Assembly: GCA_015061575.1 (NCBI GenBank)
Contig: SUWF01000002.1
Coordinates: forward strand, 18,521-82,520
Direction of reading: 5' to 3'
DNA from: Lentisphaerota bacterium
GTDB taxonomy: Bacteria; Verrucomicrobiota; Lentisphaeria; Victivallales; Victivallaceae
Length of the DNA stretch: 64,000 bases
The notes under the pieces are model-generated. The model worked only from the letters and a program-made list of their open reading frames with translations. It searched no databases and was not told where the DNA came from. Both the position numbers and the translations under genes were made by a program. This document shows positions 1-9,818 of the stretch, piece after piece. Every line of letters begins with the position of its first letter. Position 1 is the stretch's first letter.

Positions 1-99
1 ATTCCCGGCCACGCTCACGGTTTTGCCCGGCCCCAAATCTGCGGTCAGCACCACCCGGCGACGTTTGACCGTTCCGGCGGCTGCAGCTGCTTTAGCCAT
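1..99 (-). CDS. First 33 codons of a gene that runs off the window edge. Product unknown; the N-terminus is reminiscent of small CBM48/glycogen-binding-type proteins.
   Basis: ATG at 97-99 (minus) with AAAGGA about 8 nt upstream. Translation MAKAAAAAGTVKRRRVVLTADLGPGKTVSVAGN stays open to position 1. Confidence 0.4.
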   Translation of the reverse strand, partial: MAKAAAAAGTVKRRRVVLTADLGPGKTVSVAGN

Positions 100-250
100 T
101 TTTAATATCCTTTATAATTAATATTTTATTAAAAAAAATCATTTCAGCGGTAATATATCACAGATTTATATTTTTACAAATAAAAATCGCTATACTTGCC
201 GCTTTTTTAATTTTTGACCGCAGCTGTCAGTAAATTGTTCGCACGGTGTT

Positions 251-302
251 CTGCAGCGAACTTCTATCCTGACGCTTGCGGCAGTCCGGAAGTTCGCTGC
301 AG
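251..302 (-). terminator. Perfect 14-bp hairpin immediately downstream of the argS stop; possible terminator or processing/binding site (no U-tract).
   Basis: CTGCAGCGAACTTC (251-264) pairs with GAAGTTCGCTGCAG (289-302), loop 24 nt. It lies 8 nt beyond the argS stop codon at 310-312. Confidence 0.3.
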
Positions 303-309
303 GAATATG

Positions 310-2106
310 TTACATGCTTTCCGGAACCTTGATCGTCATGGTGTTCAACCCATCGACCAATACCTTGCGGGTCTGTTCAGCCAGTTTGGCCCGGGCTTGG
401 ATCAATTCCGGAGTTTCTGCCGCCAGAATCGGACATTCCCGGTAAAAACGGTTGAAGTTTTTGGCCAGATTCAGCAGATATTCCGCCAGACCGGAGGCAT
501 CGCACCGCCCGGCTGCCTGTTGAACGGCTGCCGGATAGAAACTCAATTCCAGCGCCAGCAGCTTTTCGGCACTGTTCTGCAGCAAGCTCCAATCGACTTT
601 GCCATCCAGAGTCAAACCGCGCTCAGCAGCTTTGCGGCCGATGGAAGCGATGCGGGCGCAGGCATACTGCACATAAGGCCCGGTATCGCCTTCAAATCTT
701 ATGGATGCGGAAGGATCGAACATGATCGTGGTTTTGGCATTGAATTTAAGCAGCATGAACTTGAGTGCTCCCAAGCCGATGATTTCAGCGCGTTCACGCA
801 AAACCGCATCGTCCACGGTTCCGTTATCCCGTTCTTTGCAGGCTGCATAAGCTAACGCAGCCATTTCGTCGCAGAGATCATCGGCATCGACAACAGTTCC
901 TTCCCGGCTTTTCATGCGGCCGCTGGGCAGATTGACCATGCCGTAAGAGAGGTGCGAAAGCTTGTTTGACCATTCAAAACCCAGCAATTTAAGGATCGCA
1001 AACAGCATCTGAAAGTGCAGATTCTGTTCATCACCCACCACCCAGATCTGTTCTTCGGGGGTATAGTCGTTGTATTTTTTGACTGTAGTACCGATGTCTT
1101 GAGTAATATACACGCTGGTACCATCCGAACGCAGTACCACTTTTTTGCCCAATTTGCCCAGATCAGCGATCACCGCTCCATCTTCCCGCCTGGTAAATAC
1201 GCCCCGCTGAAGGCCATCAGCGATCAGGTCTTTGCCCAGCAGATAGGTTTCGCTTTCCAGATAAGTATGAGCAAATTCGATCCCGAGCCGTTTGTAGGTT
1301 TCGTCAAAACCTTTCAGCACCCAGGAATTCATTTTCTGCCAGAGTGCCCGGACGGCCGGATCGTTGGCTTCCCATTTACGGAGCATTTCCTGAGCGGCGG
1401 CTCCGATTTCGGTTTCCAGAAAGAGTTCATCGTCATTTTTATCCGCCAGATTAGGACGTGCAGCCCGCAGTTCTTTGATCTGTTCAGAGAGCGCCGAAGC
1501 GTATTTTACATAAAAATTCCCTACCAGATGGTCGCCTTTGATGCCGGTGCTTTCCGGCGTGACACCTTCGCCAAAGCGTTCATACGCCAGCATGGATTTG
1601 CAAATATGGATCCCCCGGTCATTGACCAGATTGATCGGGATCACGTCGTGACCGACCCGGGACAGCATACTGGCCGTAGCCTGACCGATGGTGTTATTGC
1701 GCACATGGCCAAGATGCTGCGGCTTATTGGTGTTGGGGGCCGAAAATTCAATCAGGATCTTTTTGCGTTCATTTTCGGGCAGTTTGACATTTTCCAGAAG
1801 CTGATCGATGTCGGCCACTGTATCCCGGTAGAGCGCTGCGGGCTGGATGGTTATATTGATAAAAGCCTTGACCGTTTCGACCTTTTCCACTTCAGCGTGA
1901 TTGGTCAGATAATCACTGATCAAAGCGGCCAGTTTGTCCGGAGCCTGTCCGAAGACCCGGGCAAAACGGAAGGCATTGATCGTCAATTCGCCATTCATAC
2001 TTTCCGGACACTTTTCCGGCGCAATATGCCAGGCGGCATCGGCTTTGCCGGGAAATTGCTGTTTGAGGTATTCTTCAAGATCAAGAATAAATTTGAAAGC
2101 AGCCAT
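310..2106 (-). CDS. argS: Arginine--tRNA ligase
   Basis: 598-aa ORF. HIGH-type motif in FSAPNTNKPQHLGHVRN. The length and the C-terminal ...KVPESM are typical of ArgRS. AAGGA RBS upstream. Confidence 0.93.
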   Translation of the reverse strand: MAAFKFILDLEEYLKQQFPGKADAAWHIAPEKCPESMNGELTINAFRFARVFGQAPDKLAALISDYLTNHAEVEKVETVKAFINITIQPAALYRDTVADIDQLLENVKLPENERKKILIEFSAPNTNKPQHLGHVRNNTIGQATASMLSRVGHDVIPINLVNDRGIHICKSMLAYERFGEGVTPESTGIKGDHLVGNFYVKYASALSEQIKELRAARPNLADKNDDELFLETEIGAAAQEMLRKWEANDPAVRALWQKMNSWVLKGFDETYKRLGIEFAHTYLESETYLLGKDLIADGLQRGVFTRREDGAVIADLGKLGKKVVLRSDGTSVYITQDIGTTVKKYNDYTPEEQIWVVGDEQNLHFQMLFAILKLLGFEWSNKLSHLSYGMVNLPSGRMKSREGTVVDADDLCDEMAALAYAACKERDNGTVDDAVLRERAEIIGLGALKFMLLKFNAKTTIMFDPSASIRFEGDTGPYVQYACARIASIGRKAAERGLTLDGKVDWSLLQNSAEKLLALELSFYPAAVQQAAGRCDASGLAEYLLNLAKNFNRFYRECPILAAETPELIQARAKLAEQTRKVLVDGLNTMTIKVPESM

Positions 2107-2146
2107 CAGAAAAATCCTTATCGTAGTTGTATATGTTGCTTATTTT

Positions 2147-3169
2147 TTATGCCAGATAACTTTTCAATACTGTTGCCGCTCCATCCAGCGGCTCAATGGT
2201 ATAATTGCCCATTATCGCCGGAACCAGCGCACTGTCGCCAAACTGCAAAGTCAGCGTCTGACCACTGCCGGATGTAAGGCGGATCTTGCCCTTCATTACG
2301 CTGAGCAAGTGGAAACTGCCGGAAAGCTTGCCGGTATTGTCCGGATGCTTTTCCACCACCCGCAGGCAATCAACTTTAAAGCAATACCGGTCAACCAGCG
2401 GAAACTTGCGGTTGAAGGCTGTTTCTCCGATCACCGCCGGGATCCGGGGGGATATGCGGTTGGCAAAACCGATCGCCCGGAGTCCCTGTTCCAGATGCAG
2501 CTGACGGGGCTGGCCGTTTTTATCCAAACGACCCCAATCACTGATGCGGAACGTGGTATCGCTGTTTTGCTGGATCTCAAAAATCAGATTCCCGGCGCCA
2601 ATGGCATGAACGGTACCGGCCTGAATAAAATAACTGTCGCCGACATGGGACGGAAAACGCTGCAGCAGATCCGCCGCCCGGGTCGTGGAAAGCGATTCGA
2701 CCAGCTGATCTCTCGTGGCCCTGGGCGTAAGCCCGGCCAGGATTTCGCCGTGAGCTTCACAATCGGCGATGTACCACATTTCGGTCTTGGGTTCAGAACC
2801 GTCATTGACGCTCCGGCAATAGTTTTCGTCCGGATGGACTTGCAGCGAGAGCCGCTGCCCGGCGTCAATAAATTTGACCAGCAGCGGAAAACGTCCGCCC
2901 TGCCACAAGCCGCCCAACAGATTCTGACCGTAGTATTCGATAAGTTCCCGGAGGGTCTTGCCGCTCAAGGCTCCGGTGGTGACCACGCTCTGAGCATCGT
3001 CCCGGTCAGTTATCTCCCAGGATTCGCCGATGGGGTCAGCGGTGCTGTCGGCTTCTGGTATATTACGCTGCAAAGTTTTCTGCAAAAGCTTTCCACCCCA
3101 GATGCGCTGCATATATATGGGCTGAAACTGCAAAAAATACAATTCGTTGGTATCAACAAAATTTCCCAT
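2147..3169 (-). CDS. manA: Mannose-6-phosphate isomerase, class I (cupin)
   Basis: 340 aa. Motifs IWGG, ESWEI, LSLQVHPD and KTEMWYI are characteristic of type I phosphomannose isomerase. Confidence 0.85.
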   Translation of the reverse strand: MGNFVDTNELYFLQFQPIYMQRIWGGKLLQKTLQRNIPEADSTADPIGESWEITDRDDAQSVVTTGALSGKTLRELIEYYGQNLLGGLWQGGRFPLLVKFIDAGQRLSLQVHPDENYCRSVNDGSEPKTEMWYIADCEAHGEILAGLTPRATRDQLVESLSTTRAADLLQRFPSHVGDSYFIQAGTVHAIGAGNLIFEIQQNSDTTFRISDWGRLDKNGQPRQLHLEQGLRAIGFANRISPRIPAVIGETAFNRKFPLVDRYCFKVDCLRVVEKHPDNTGKLSGSFHLLSVMKGKIRLTSGSGQTLTLQFGDSALVPAIMGNYTIEPLDGAATVLKSYLA

Positions 3170-3181
3170 GCTTACACCTGT

Positions 3182-3586
3182 TCAATCGTTGTTCAGCAAT
3201 TTTACCGCTTCCAGCAATTCTGCCGGCAGACGGGTGACTTTGTGTTCGCTGTTTATACAGCACAAGGTTACGCTGCCGGAAACCAGCAGTTCATCGCCGC
3301 GGCGGACTTCGCTGCAGATCTTCAGCCGGGCGCCCCGGGCTTCGGCTACATAGGAGCGCAGCGTCAGAAGATCATCGTAACAGGCGCTGGCGTGATAGGT
3401 CAGTTCGGCCGATTTGACCGGCAGAAAAAATCCCATCTTTTCCATTTCTGAATAAGGAAATCCGATCGAACGGAGCATTTCAGTGCGGCTGCGTTCAAAA
3501 TATTCCAGATAATTGGCGTAATACACCACCTGCATCTGGTCGGTGTCGGCATACGGCACCCGGTATGTGCAATCAAAGTACGGCAT
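3182..3586 (-). CDS. Acyl-CoA thioesterase, 4HBT/YbgC family
   Basis: 134 aa. The N-terminal YRVPYADTDQMQVVYYANYLEYFERSRTE is a hot-dog thioesterase signature. Confidence 0.8.
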   Translation of the reverse strand: MPYFDCTYRVPYADTDQMQVVYYANYLEYFERSRTEMLRSIGFPYSEMEKMGFFLPVKSAELTYHASACYDDLLTLRSYVAEARGARLKICSEVRRGDELLVSGSVTLCCINSEHKVTRLPAELLEAVKLLNND

Positions 3587-4247
3587 CTTTCACCTTGTTG
3601 TATAGATAGTTAAAAGTTTCTTCCAAAGTCATATTGCTGTTATCCACCAGATCCGCATCATTCGCCGGTTTCAGCGGAGCTACCGGCCGGTTGCTGTCCT
3701 GTTCATCGCGTTTGGCAATGGCAGCGGCTACTTCTTCGAGCGTGCCGCCAGCCTTGTCGCCTTCCTGAGCCAGCCGGCGGCGGGCCCGTTCCAGCGGCGA
3801 AGCGGTGATAAAAAACTTATACGCTGCATCCGGAAAGATCACAGTGCCGATATCCCGGCCTTCCATAACTATCCAGTTATCTGAGCTCATCTTGCGCTGC
3901 AGGTTTTTCAATTCTTCCCGCACTGCCGGATAGACGGCCACTTTGCTGGCCCCGGCGGCGATCTCGGCCGTGCGCAGTTTTTCTCCGGGAAACTCGCCGT
4001 CGCAGAAAAGCTCAAATCCGCCTGCTGCAGATTCCCGGTACTCCATGGATAAAGTGCGGAGCATGGCCTGCAATGCTGCTTCGTCATCCCACGATATGCC
4101 CCGGTTTTGCGCTGCCAGAGCTGTGGCCCGGAACATACTGCCGGTGTTTATATAGGGTATATGCAGCTTTTCCGACAACGTTTTGGCCAGCGTGCTTTTG
4201 CCGGAAGCAGACGGCCCGTCAATAGCAATAACATTTACCATGATCAA
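3573..4247 (-). CDS. cmk: Cytidylate kinase
   Basis: 224 aa. P-loop IAIDGPSASGKST and YINTGSMFRA. Overlaps the downstream thioesterase gene by 14 nt (operon cmk-thioesterase-manA-argS). Confidence 0.92.
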   Translation of the reverse strand: MIMVNVIAIDGPSASGKSTLAKTLSEKLHIPYINTGSMFRATALAAQNRGISWDDEAALQAMLRTLSMEYRESAAGGFELFCDGEFPGEKLRTAEIAAGASKVAVYPAVREELKNLQRKMSSDNWIVMEGRDIGTVIFPDAAYKFFITASPLERARRRLAQEGDKAGGTLEEVAAAIAKRDEQDSNRPVAPLKPANDADLVDNSNMTLEETFNYLYNKVKDAVL

Positions 4248-4448
4248 CTGTTCCTTTCATAAAAATATAACATTACTATAAGTAATATACCTTGAAAAGT
4301 CAATTTTAACAAGTATCTGCAAGCGAAAAAAGCTGAAATCTTCCTGCAAAGGTGGAAAAATTTGCTCTGTTGGTGTAAATTATATGCGTGAAGAATAAAA
4401 AAAGTAAGTTGAAAATCTGAGTTAACATCTTAATTTGAGGATATATTT

Positions 4449-5549
4449 ATGAGTTTTTCATGTGGTCTGGTGGGGCTGCCCAACGTTGGCAAGTCTACTT
4501 TGTTCAATGCGCTGAGCCGCGGCGGTGCCGAAGCGGCCAACTTCCCGTTCTGCACGATCGAGCCGAATACCGGGATCGTGGCGGTGCCGGATGCCCGTCT
4601 GCAGGTGCTTTCGGATATGGAAAAATCCGGTCGGATCGTGCCTTCCACGCTTAAATTTATTGATATTGCCGGTCTGGTGCGGGGCGCCAGTCAGGGGCAG
4701 GGGCTGGGTAATCAATTTTTGGGTCATATCCGCAGTGTGGATGCGATTGCTCATGTGGTGCGGGTGTTTGAAAATTCCGATGTTGTACACGTTGCCGGAC
4801 GGGTCGATCCGGCAGAAGATTTGGAAGTTATCTCCACAGAATTGATGCTTGCGGATTTGGAAATGATCGAAAAACGCCGGGATAAAGCCTCCAAGCTGGC
4901 CCGCTCCAACGATCCGGATGCCAAGCTGGAATTTGAACTGCTCAAAGATCTGGCTGCGCAGCTCAGCGAAGGCCGCCGCCCGGAATATGATTTGAATAAT
5001 CCCAAAGTAGTCGATTTGGTCAAAGGTTTTGGTTTGCTTTCCACCATGCCCGCATTCATTTGTGCCAACACCGACGAAGCTGGAGTTGCGGATTTCAAAA
5101 ATATGCCTCTGGCTCAAAAGCTGCTGGATAAAGCGGCCGAAATGAATCTGGAAGTGATCCCGGTCTGCGCTAAGATCGAAGAAGAACTCGGCCAGCTCTC
5201 CGATGAAGAAGCCCAGATGTTTATGGAAGAATTGGGCATCAAAGAAACCGGCTTGGAACAGGTCATCCAGACCGGCTACCGGCTGCTGGATTACATAACC
5301 TTTTTCACCGCCGGACCTATGGAATCACGGGCATGGACGATCACCAAAGGCACTTTGGCGCCGGAAGCTGCCGGAAAAATCCACACCGATATGTGCCGGG
5401 GATTTATCCGTATGGAAACAGTTTCCTACAACGATATGGTCGAATGTGGCGGTTGGAACGCTGCGCAAACCGCCGGTAAACTGCGGATCGAAGGCAAGGA
5501 TTACGTCGTCCAGGATGGCGATGTTATCCATGTAAGATTTTCCGTCTAA
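4449..5549 (+). CDS. ychF: Ribosome-binding ATPase YchF
   Basis: 366 aa. GLVGLPNVGKSTLFNAL G1 motif, with the C-terminal TGS-like ...DGDVIHVRFSV. Confidence 0.93.
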   Translation: MSFSCGLVGLPNVGKSTLFNALSRGGAEAANFPFCTIEPNTGIVAVPDARLQVLSDMEKSGRIVPSTLKFIDIAGLVRGASQGQGLGNQFLGHIRSVDAIAHVVRVFENSDVVHVAGRVDPAEDLEVISTELMLADLEMIEKRRDKASKLARSNDPDAKLEFELLKDLAAQLSEGRRPEYDLNNPKVVDLVKGFGLLSTMPAFICANTDEAGVADFKNMPLAQKLLDKAAEMNLEVIPVCAKIEEELGQLSDEEAQMFMEELGIKETGLEQVIQTGYRLLDYITFFTAGPMESRAWTITKGTLAPEAAGKIHTDMCRGFIRMETVSYNDMVECGGWNAAQTAGKLRIEGKDYVVQDGDVIHVRFSV

Positions 5550-5579
5550 ATTTTTTTTCCGGTTCTTGTGGGGCATTTT

Positions 5580-6015
5580 GCGCCTTGCAGCGCTGCTCGC
5601 TCGGTCGAGTACAATTTCGTACACTTCCTCGCTGCGCTGCTTGCCAAACGCAAACTGCCTCCACAATAACTCGGAAAAAACACCCGCTGCGCCTTGCAGC
5701 GCTGCTCGCCCGTTCGAGTACGTTTTTGTACACTCACTTGCTGCGCTGCTTGCAAAACGCAAACTGCCTCCACAATAACTCGGAAAAAACCCCCGCTGCG
5801 CCTTGCAGCGCTGCTCGCTCGTTCGAGTACGTTTTTGTACACTCACTTGCTGCGCTGCTTGCAAAACGCAAACTGCCTCCACAATAACTCGGAAAAAAAA
5901 ACCGCTGCGCCTTGCTGCGCAGCTCGCCCGTTCGAGTACGTTTTTGTACACTTACTTGCTGCACTGCTTGCCAAACGCAAACGGTGCAGCAATAACTTTG
6001 GAAAAACGTCCGGTA
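5580..6015. repeat. Tandem repeat, 4 copies of a 109-bp unit (starts 5580, 5689, 5798, 5907)
   Basis: Read directly. Units 2 and 3 differ at about 4 positions; units 1 and 4 are more diverged. The unit begins GCGCCTTGCAGCGCTGCTCGC and ends in an A-run. The period is not a multiple of 3. Confidence 0.95.
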
Positions 6016-6035
6016 TCTCTTGCTGCGTATCTTAT

Positions 6036-7223
6036 TTATTTTTCGGAGCGGGGATCGAAGGCTTTGCGCAAACCTTCGCCCAGTAAGTTGAATCCGGCCA
6101 CTGCCCAGAAGAGCATCAAGCCGGGAAAAAGCGTCAGGTGCCAGGCGTTGAGCGGATCGTTGAAAGCCGCTTTGAGCATACCGCCCCAGCTGGCGGTCGG
6201 CGGCTGTACGCCAAAACCTAAAAAGCTTAATGAACTTTCGGAGAGTATGGCGCCTGCTACTGCAAACGAAAACGTTATGCAAATCGTTCCGGGAATGTTG
6301 GGCAGTATGTGTTTGAAGATGATCCCCCACCACGATACTCCCAGCGTTTGCGCTGCTTTTATGTAGCTCATTTCTCGGATCTTCAGCACTTCGCCCCGGG
6401 CCAGCTGCGCCATGCCGATCCAGCCGGTAAGGGCGATCACAACGATGACCGCCAGAATCGACTGCTCAAATTTATATTCCTGAAAAAGCGACATGATGAT
6501 CAGCAGCAGTAAAAAGACCGGAAAACACATCAATATTTCCACCGCCCGCATCAAAAGTATATCGAACCAGCCGCCGCGATAACCGGCCGCCACTCCGATA
6601 ACCAGCCCGATAAACATCGCCAGCGTGGTGGCGATCAACCCGACTGCCAGTGATATACGGCTGCCGAAAATCAACCGGACTGCCAGATCCCGGCCCAATT
6701 CATCGCAGCCCAGCGGATGTTTTTTCCCGGGCGGCGTATAGGGAGCGCTCACCTGCTCAAAAGGTCCGTAAGGCAGCAATGCCATCATCCGCCATGTTCC
6801 CTCCGGCAAGATTTGATCCCGGTAATTGACCCGTTCCAGTTTGGGGGAGGCAAGCAAAAATGGTATGGTCAAAGCTGTCAGCAGTACCAGCAATGCTATC
6901 CGGCGCAGGCGTTTGGCTTTGATGCTGAATTTTACGATCAAAGCCAGCGGCAGCGCCAACAGCAGATAATTAAAAAGCTGTTCGATGCAGTATTCGCTGC
7001 TTTCGGGCGCAAAAAAGCTGCGCAAAAACGGCATATCCCAGCCCTTGCCGGGAATAAATTCCAGCAAGGGGCGTGGATTGGCCAGCAATGGCGCCAGTAA
7101 AGCAGTCAGCAGCATTCCGCAGATCAAAAACAACGCCAGCACTGCCAGATAGTCGGTGCGGAAACGCCGCCAGGCACTTCGCCAGGGCGTGGTTTGCTGC
7201 AAATTGGACTGCTTTTCGGCCAT
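6036..7223 (-). CDS. ABC transporter permease, DppC/OppC/YejE-like (binding-protein-dependent transport inner-membrane component)
   Basis: 395 aa. HPLGCDELGRDLAVRLIFGSR motif followed by the EAA-loop region (IKAAQTLGVS...). Extra hydrophobic segments sit between TM1 and the conserved core. Confidence 0.8.
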   Translation of the reverse strand: MAEKQSNLQQTTPWRSAWRRFRTDYLAVLALFLICGMLLTALLAPLLANPRPLLEFIPGKGWDMPFLRSFFAPESSEYCIEQLFNYLLLALPLALIVKFSIKAKRLRRIALLVLLTALTIPFLLASPKLERVNYRDQILPEGTWRMMALLPYGPFEQVSAPYTPPGKKHPLGCDELGRDLAVRLIFGSRISLAVGLIATTLAMFIGLVIGVAAGYRGGWFDILLMRAVEILMCFPVFLLLLIIMSLFQEYKFEQSILAVIVVIALTGWIGMAQLARGEVLKIREMSYIKAAQTLGVSWWGIIFKHILPNIPGTICITFSFAVAGAILSESSLSFLGFGVQPPTASWGGMLKAAFNDPLNAWHLTLFPGLMLFWAVAGFNLLGEGLRKAFDPRSEK

Positions 7224-7239
7224 AAAATCTTTCTGGTTA

Positions 7240-9231
7240 TCAGGTAAGTTTGATCACTGCAACTTCGGAAAGCTGCTCAATGGCAAATTTACCCGGCGCA
7301 AGCATTTTCAACGGGCACTCATTCCAAATATCCTCAGCTGCAGTGTATTGCTCCGGCACTTCCAGCACCAGATCATGCAGTACGGCGCTCTGTTCGATCG
7401 GCCGGGTGCTGGAGGTGTAGTTGGTCAAATGTACCAGCGTGCAGTTTTCGGAACTCTGGCGAACGCTTACTGCCACTCCGGTGGTGGCATTGTGCAGGAC
7501 GAATTTTTCATTGATGCTGCTTTTGATGAGCTTGCTGAAAAATTTCCGCCACGCTGTATTGGTGTAGTTGAAGTAATACTCCAATGCGCCGCCGGAAATA
7601 TAGTAGAACATACCCTTGCCATAAGCTGTTTTTGCGGCGTATGGCATTGACGGATCGGCCGGTTTGGCTTCATAACAGCCCCGCATGGGAGGATTGGCCA
7701 AGCCAAATATTTCGCCGGGGGCGTTGACGCTGATTGCGGCGCTCCAGCCCGGGGCAGGCAGCCAGCTGTGGGAATTATCGGCCGCATAAAAATCCGGGAA
7801 TGCACAGTAATTGAACACCTTGTGATCCAGATAACGGTTCTGGAATTTTACACCGGTAACCGCCTCAAATGCGCCCTGAGTGCGTTTTTTACCCTGTTCG
7901 TCATAGAATCCGAACTCGCCGTCAGCGATCACGATCCCGCCGTTGGCTGCAAACTCACAAATCGCATCCCGAGTACGGTCGCTGACCATGGCCAGCGAGG
8001 GGGCGATTATTACTTTATAGCGTTTAAGATCGTCCAGATTCAGTTCGCACACTACATCGTAAGGCATATTCAAATGGTGCAGCAACCCGAATGCTCCCTG
8101 GGTGGATGAGCGGTAATCGCCGGGGAAATCGGAAACTTTATCGATATCGCCATAGAGGTCGGATGCTTCACCGCTTTTACGGTAATGTGCGGCGGTATCG
8201 TAGCTGTAAAACACCGCAACTTCGGCCAGACTGCTGGTCGATTGATAAAGCGCATCATATTTTTTATCAAACGCAACGAGTTTTTTAGCCATTTGTCCGG
8301 CGGTGGAATCAAGGTTGTCGGGCGTGCAATGGATTCCGTACCAGATGCTTGCACCGTTACCCAAGGCAGAAATGTAGCACAAGGCAGTTTCGGCCGGGGT
8401 GTGCATGAACCAGCCCCACGGCTTGTGGTCGCCGGCAAAAAAGATCACTGTCGGTTTATTTCCGGCCACCGCTTCGGCCAATTTTGCGGAACTGGAGCAG
8501 TACCACGGATTGTGGTTTTTGGGTTCACTGTAATAGAAAAATCCGCCTTCGGTACCGATAATGTCATCGGTGGCCAGCTGCCGGGCAAAATCCTGACTGC
8601 CGACCCGTCCGACAAAGAGTCCCTCGTTAAAATACATCTGCCACTGGGGATTGACCGACTTGACCTTTTTGTAGAGTGCTTCTTTGAACTCCAATGTTGT
8701 AATGTAGGTAAAGCGGGAAATTTCTTCGGCAGTGGCCTGACTGTATTTTTTATTGAATTGAGCTTCAAACTTGGCCTGACAACAGGAACAGGTGCAGGGC
8801 GTGTAGTGCGGACCGTCAAAAAACAATCCGAAGATGTTGAATTTTTTCAGCGATTCCACGCAGTCAAAGAAGTAGTCCCGCCAGCTGGAATTCAGACAGC
8901 AGGCCGGATAAGTTCCATAGCTCAAGGGGTAATTGCCTTGCGCATCCCGGACGCCCCATTCCGTTTTGCGGTCAGCAATGGAGGGCCCAAGAATATGGCA
9001 ATTCATGTAAACGATCGTGGAGATATTGCAAGCTTCAGAACGCTGCAGATATTCCCGCAGCAGTTCGCCGTGCCGTTTTTCGTCATAGATGGCACTGTAC
9101 ATATCAGCATGGGTGTGCAGAAGTTGTTCGGTATCAAAGCCGAAATCCTGCCAGAATCCAGGCATGGCAAGAGTTTCTTCCCGGGTTTGAAAGTTACACT
9201 GCAAAGCGGCGATCCGCATGTGTTTTTTCAT
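7240..9231 (-). CDS. GH42-like putative glycoside hydrolase (TIM barrel plus beta-galactosidase trimerisation-type domain)
   Basis: Start chosen at the second ATG (MKKHMRIAAL), 6 nt after GAGGAG. Cys cluster CTCSCCQAKFEAQF and YKVIIAPSLAMVSD...FAANGGIVIADGEFG resemble GH42. Catalytic residues not verified. Confidence 0.5.
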   Translation of the reverse strand: MKKHMRIAALQCNFQTREETLAMPGFWQDFGFDTEQLLHTHADMYSAIYDEKRHGELLREYLQRSEACNISTIVYMNCHILGPSIADRKTEWGVRDAQGNYPLSYGTYPACCLNSSWRDYFFDCVESLKKFNIFGLFFDGPHYTPCTCSCCQAKFEAQFNKKYSQATAEEISRFTYITTLEFKEALYKKVKSVNPQWQMYFNEGLFVGRVGSQDFARQLATDDIIGTEGGFFYYSEPKNHNPWYCSSSAKLAEAVAGNKPTVIFFAGDHKPWGWFMHTPAETALCYISALGNGASIWYGIHCTPDNLDSTAGQMAKKLVAFDKKYDALYQSTSSLAEVAVFYSYDTAAHYRKSGEASDLYGDIDKVSDFPGDYRSSTQGAFGLLHHLNMPYDVVCELNLDDLKRYKVIIAPSLAMVSDRTRDAICEFAANGGIVIADGEFGFYDEQGKKRTQGAFEAVTGVKFQNRYLDHKVFNYCAFPDFYAADNSHSWLPAPGWSAAISVNAPGEIFGLANPPMRGCYEAKPADPSMPYAAKTAYGKGMFYYISGGALEYYFNYTNTAWRKFFSKLIKSSINEKFVLHNATTGVAVSVRQSSENCTLVHLTNYTSSTRPIEQSAVLHDLVLEVPEQYTAAEDIWNECPLKMLAPGKFAIEQLSEVAVIKLT

Positions 9232-9259
9232 CATATACTCCTCGGTTAGGCATAGTGTT

Positions 9260-9793
9260 TTAACGTTGATCATAGAGATTTCCGCCGTGGGCATCAATGG
9301 CCACGATCACCGGAAAATCTTCCACGGTCAATTTGCGGATCGCTTCCGGCCCCAGATCCGGAAAGGCGATGACTTCAGCGGCTTTTATGGATTTGGCGAT
9401 CAGGGCTCCGGCGCCGCCGGTTGCCGCAAAGTAAACGGCTTTATAGGTTTGCATTGCTTCGATAACCTGTTGGCTACGTTCGCCTTTGCCGATCATACCG
9501 CGCAAATTGCATTGTTTGATCAAGATTGGCGAATAAGCATCCATCCGGCCGCTGGTGGTTGGTCCCGCACTGCCGATGGGACGGCCGGGCGGCGCCGGAC
9601 AGGGTCCGGCAAAATAGATGGTCTGATCCTGTAAATCCAGCGGCAGGTCTTCGCCGGCTTCCAGCATGGCGACCAGCCGTTTATGGGCGGCATCTCTGGC
9701 AGTGTAGATTATACCGCTTAATTTGACCGTATCTCCGGCGTGCAGTTGAGCGACTTTTTCTGCAGTCAGCGGCAGTTGCAATTTTATTTCCAT
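9260..9793 (-). CDS. Fe-S hydro-lyase beta subunit (class I fumarate hydratase / L-tartrate dehydratase family)
   Basis: IYTARDAAHKRL and GPCPAPPGRPIGSAGPTTSGRMDAY. Start set at MEIKLQL (AGGAG 8 nt upstream) rather than the longer ORF-track start. Confidence 0.85.
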   Translation of the reverse strand: MEIKLQLPLTAEKVAQLHAGDTVKLSGIIYTARDAAHKRLVAMLEAGEDLPLDLQDQTIYFAGPCPAPPGRPIGSAGPTTSGRMDAYSPILIKQCNLRGMIGKGERSQQVIEAMQTYKAVYFAATGGAGALIAKSIKAAEVIAFPDLGPEAIRKLTVEDFPVIVAIDAHGGNLYDQR

Positions 9794-9818
9794 GACATAG
9801 ACTCCTGAAAAAGTATGC

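Noticed and set aside
5580-6015. Possible CRISPR array.
   Set aside because: The whole 109-bp unit is repeated head to tail with no unique spacers. There are no cas genes in the window.
5325-6366. A stack of overlapping 60-200-codon ORFs on both strands with repeating peptides (MYKNVLERAS..., MQRCS...).
   Set aside because: They are generated by the 109-bp tandem repeat. The period is not a multiple of 3, so the same DNA is read in all frames. There are no RBSs.
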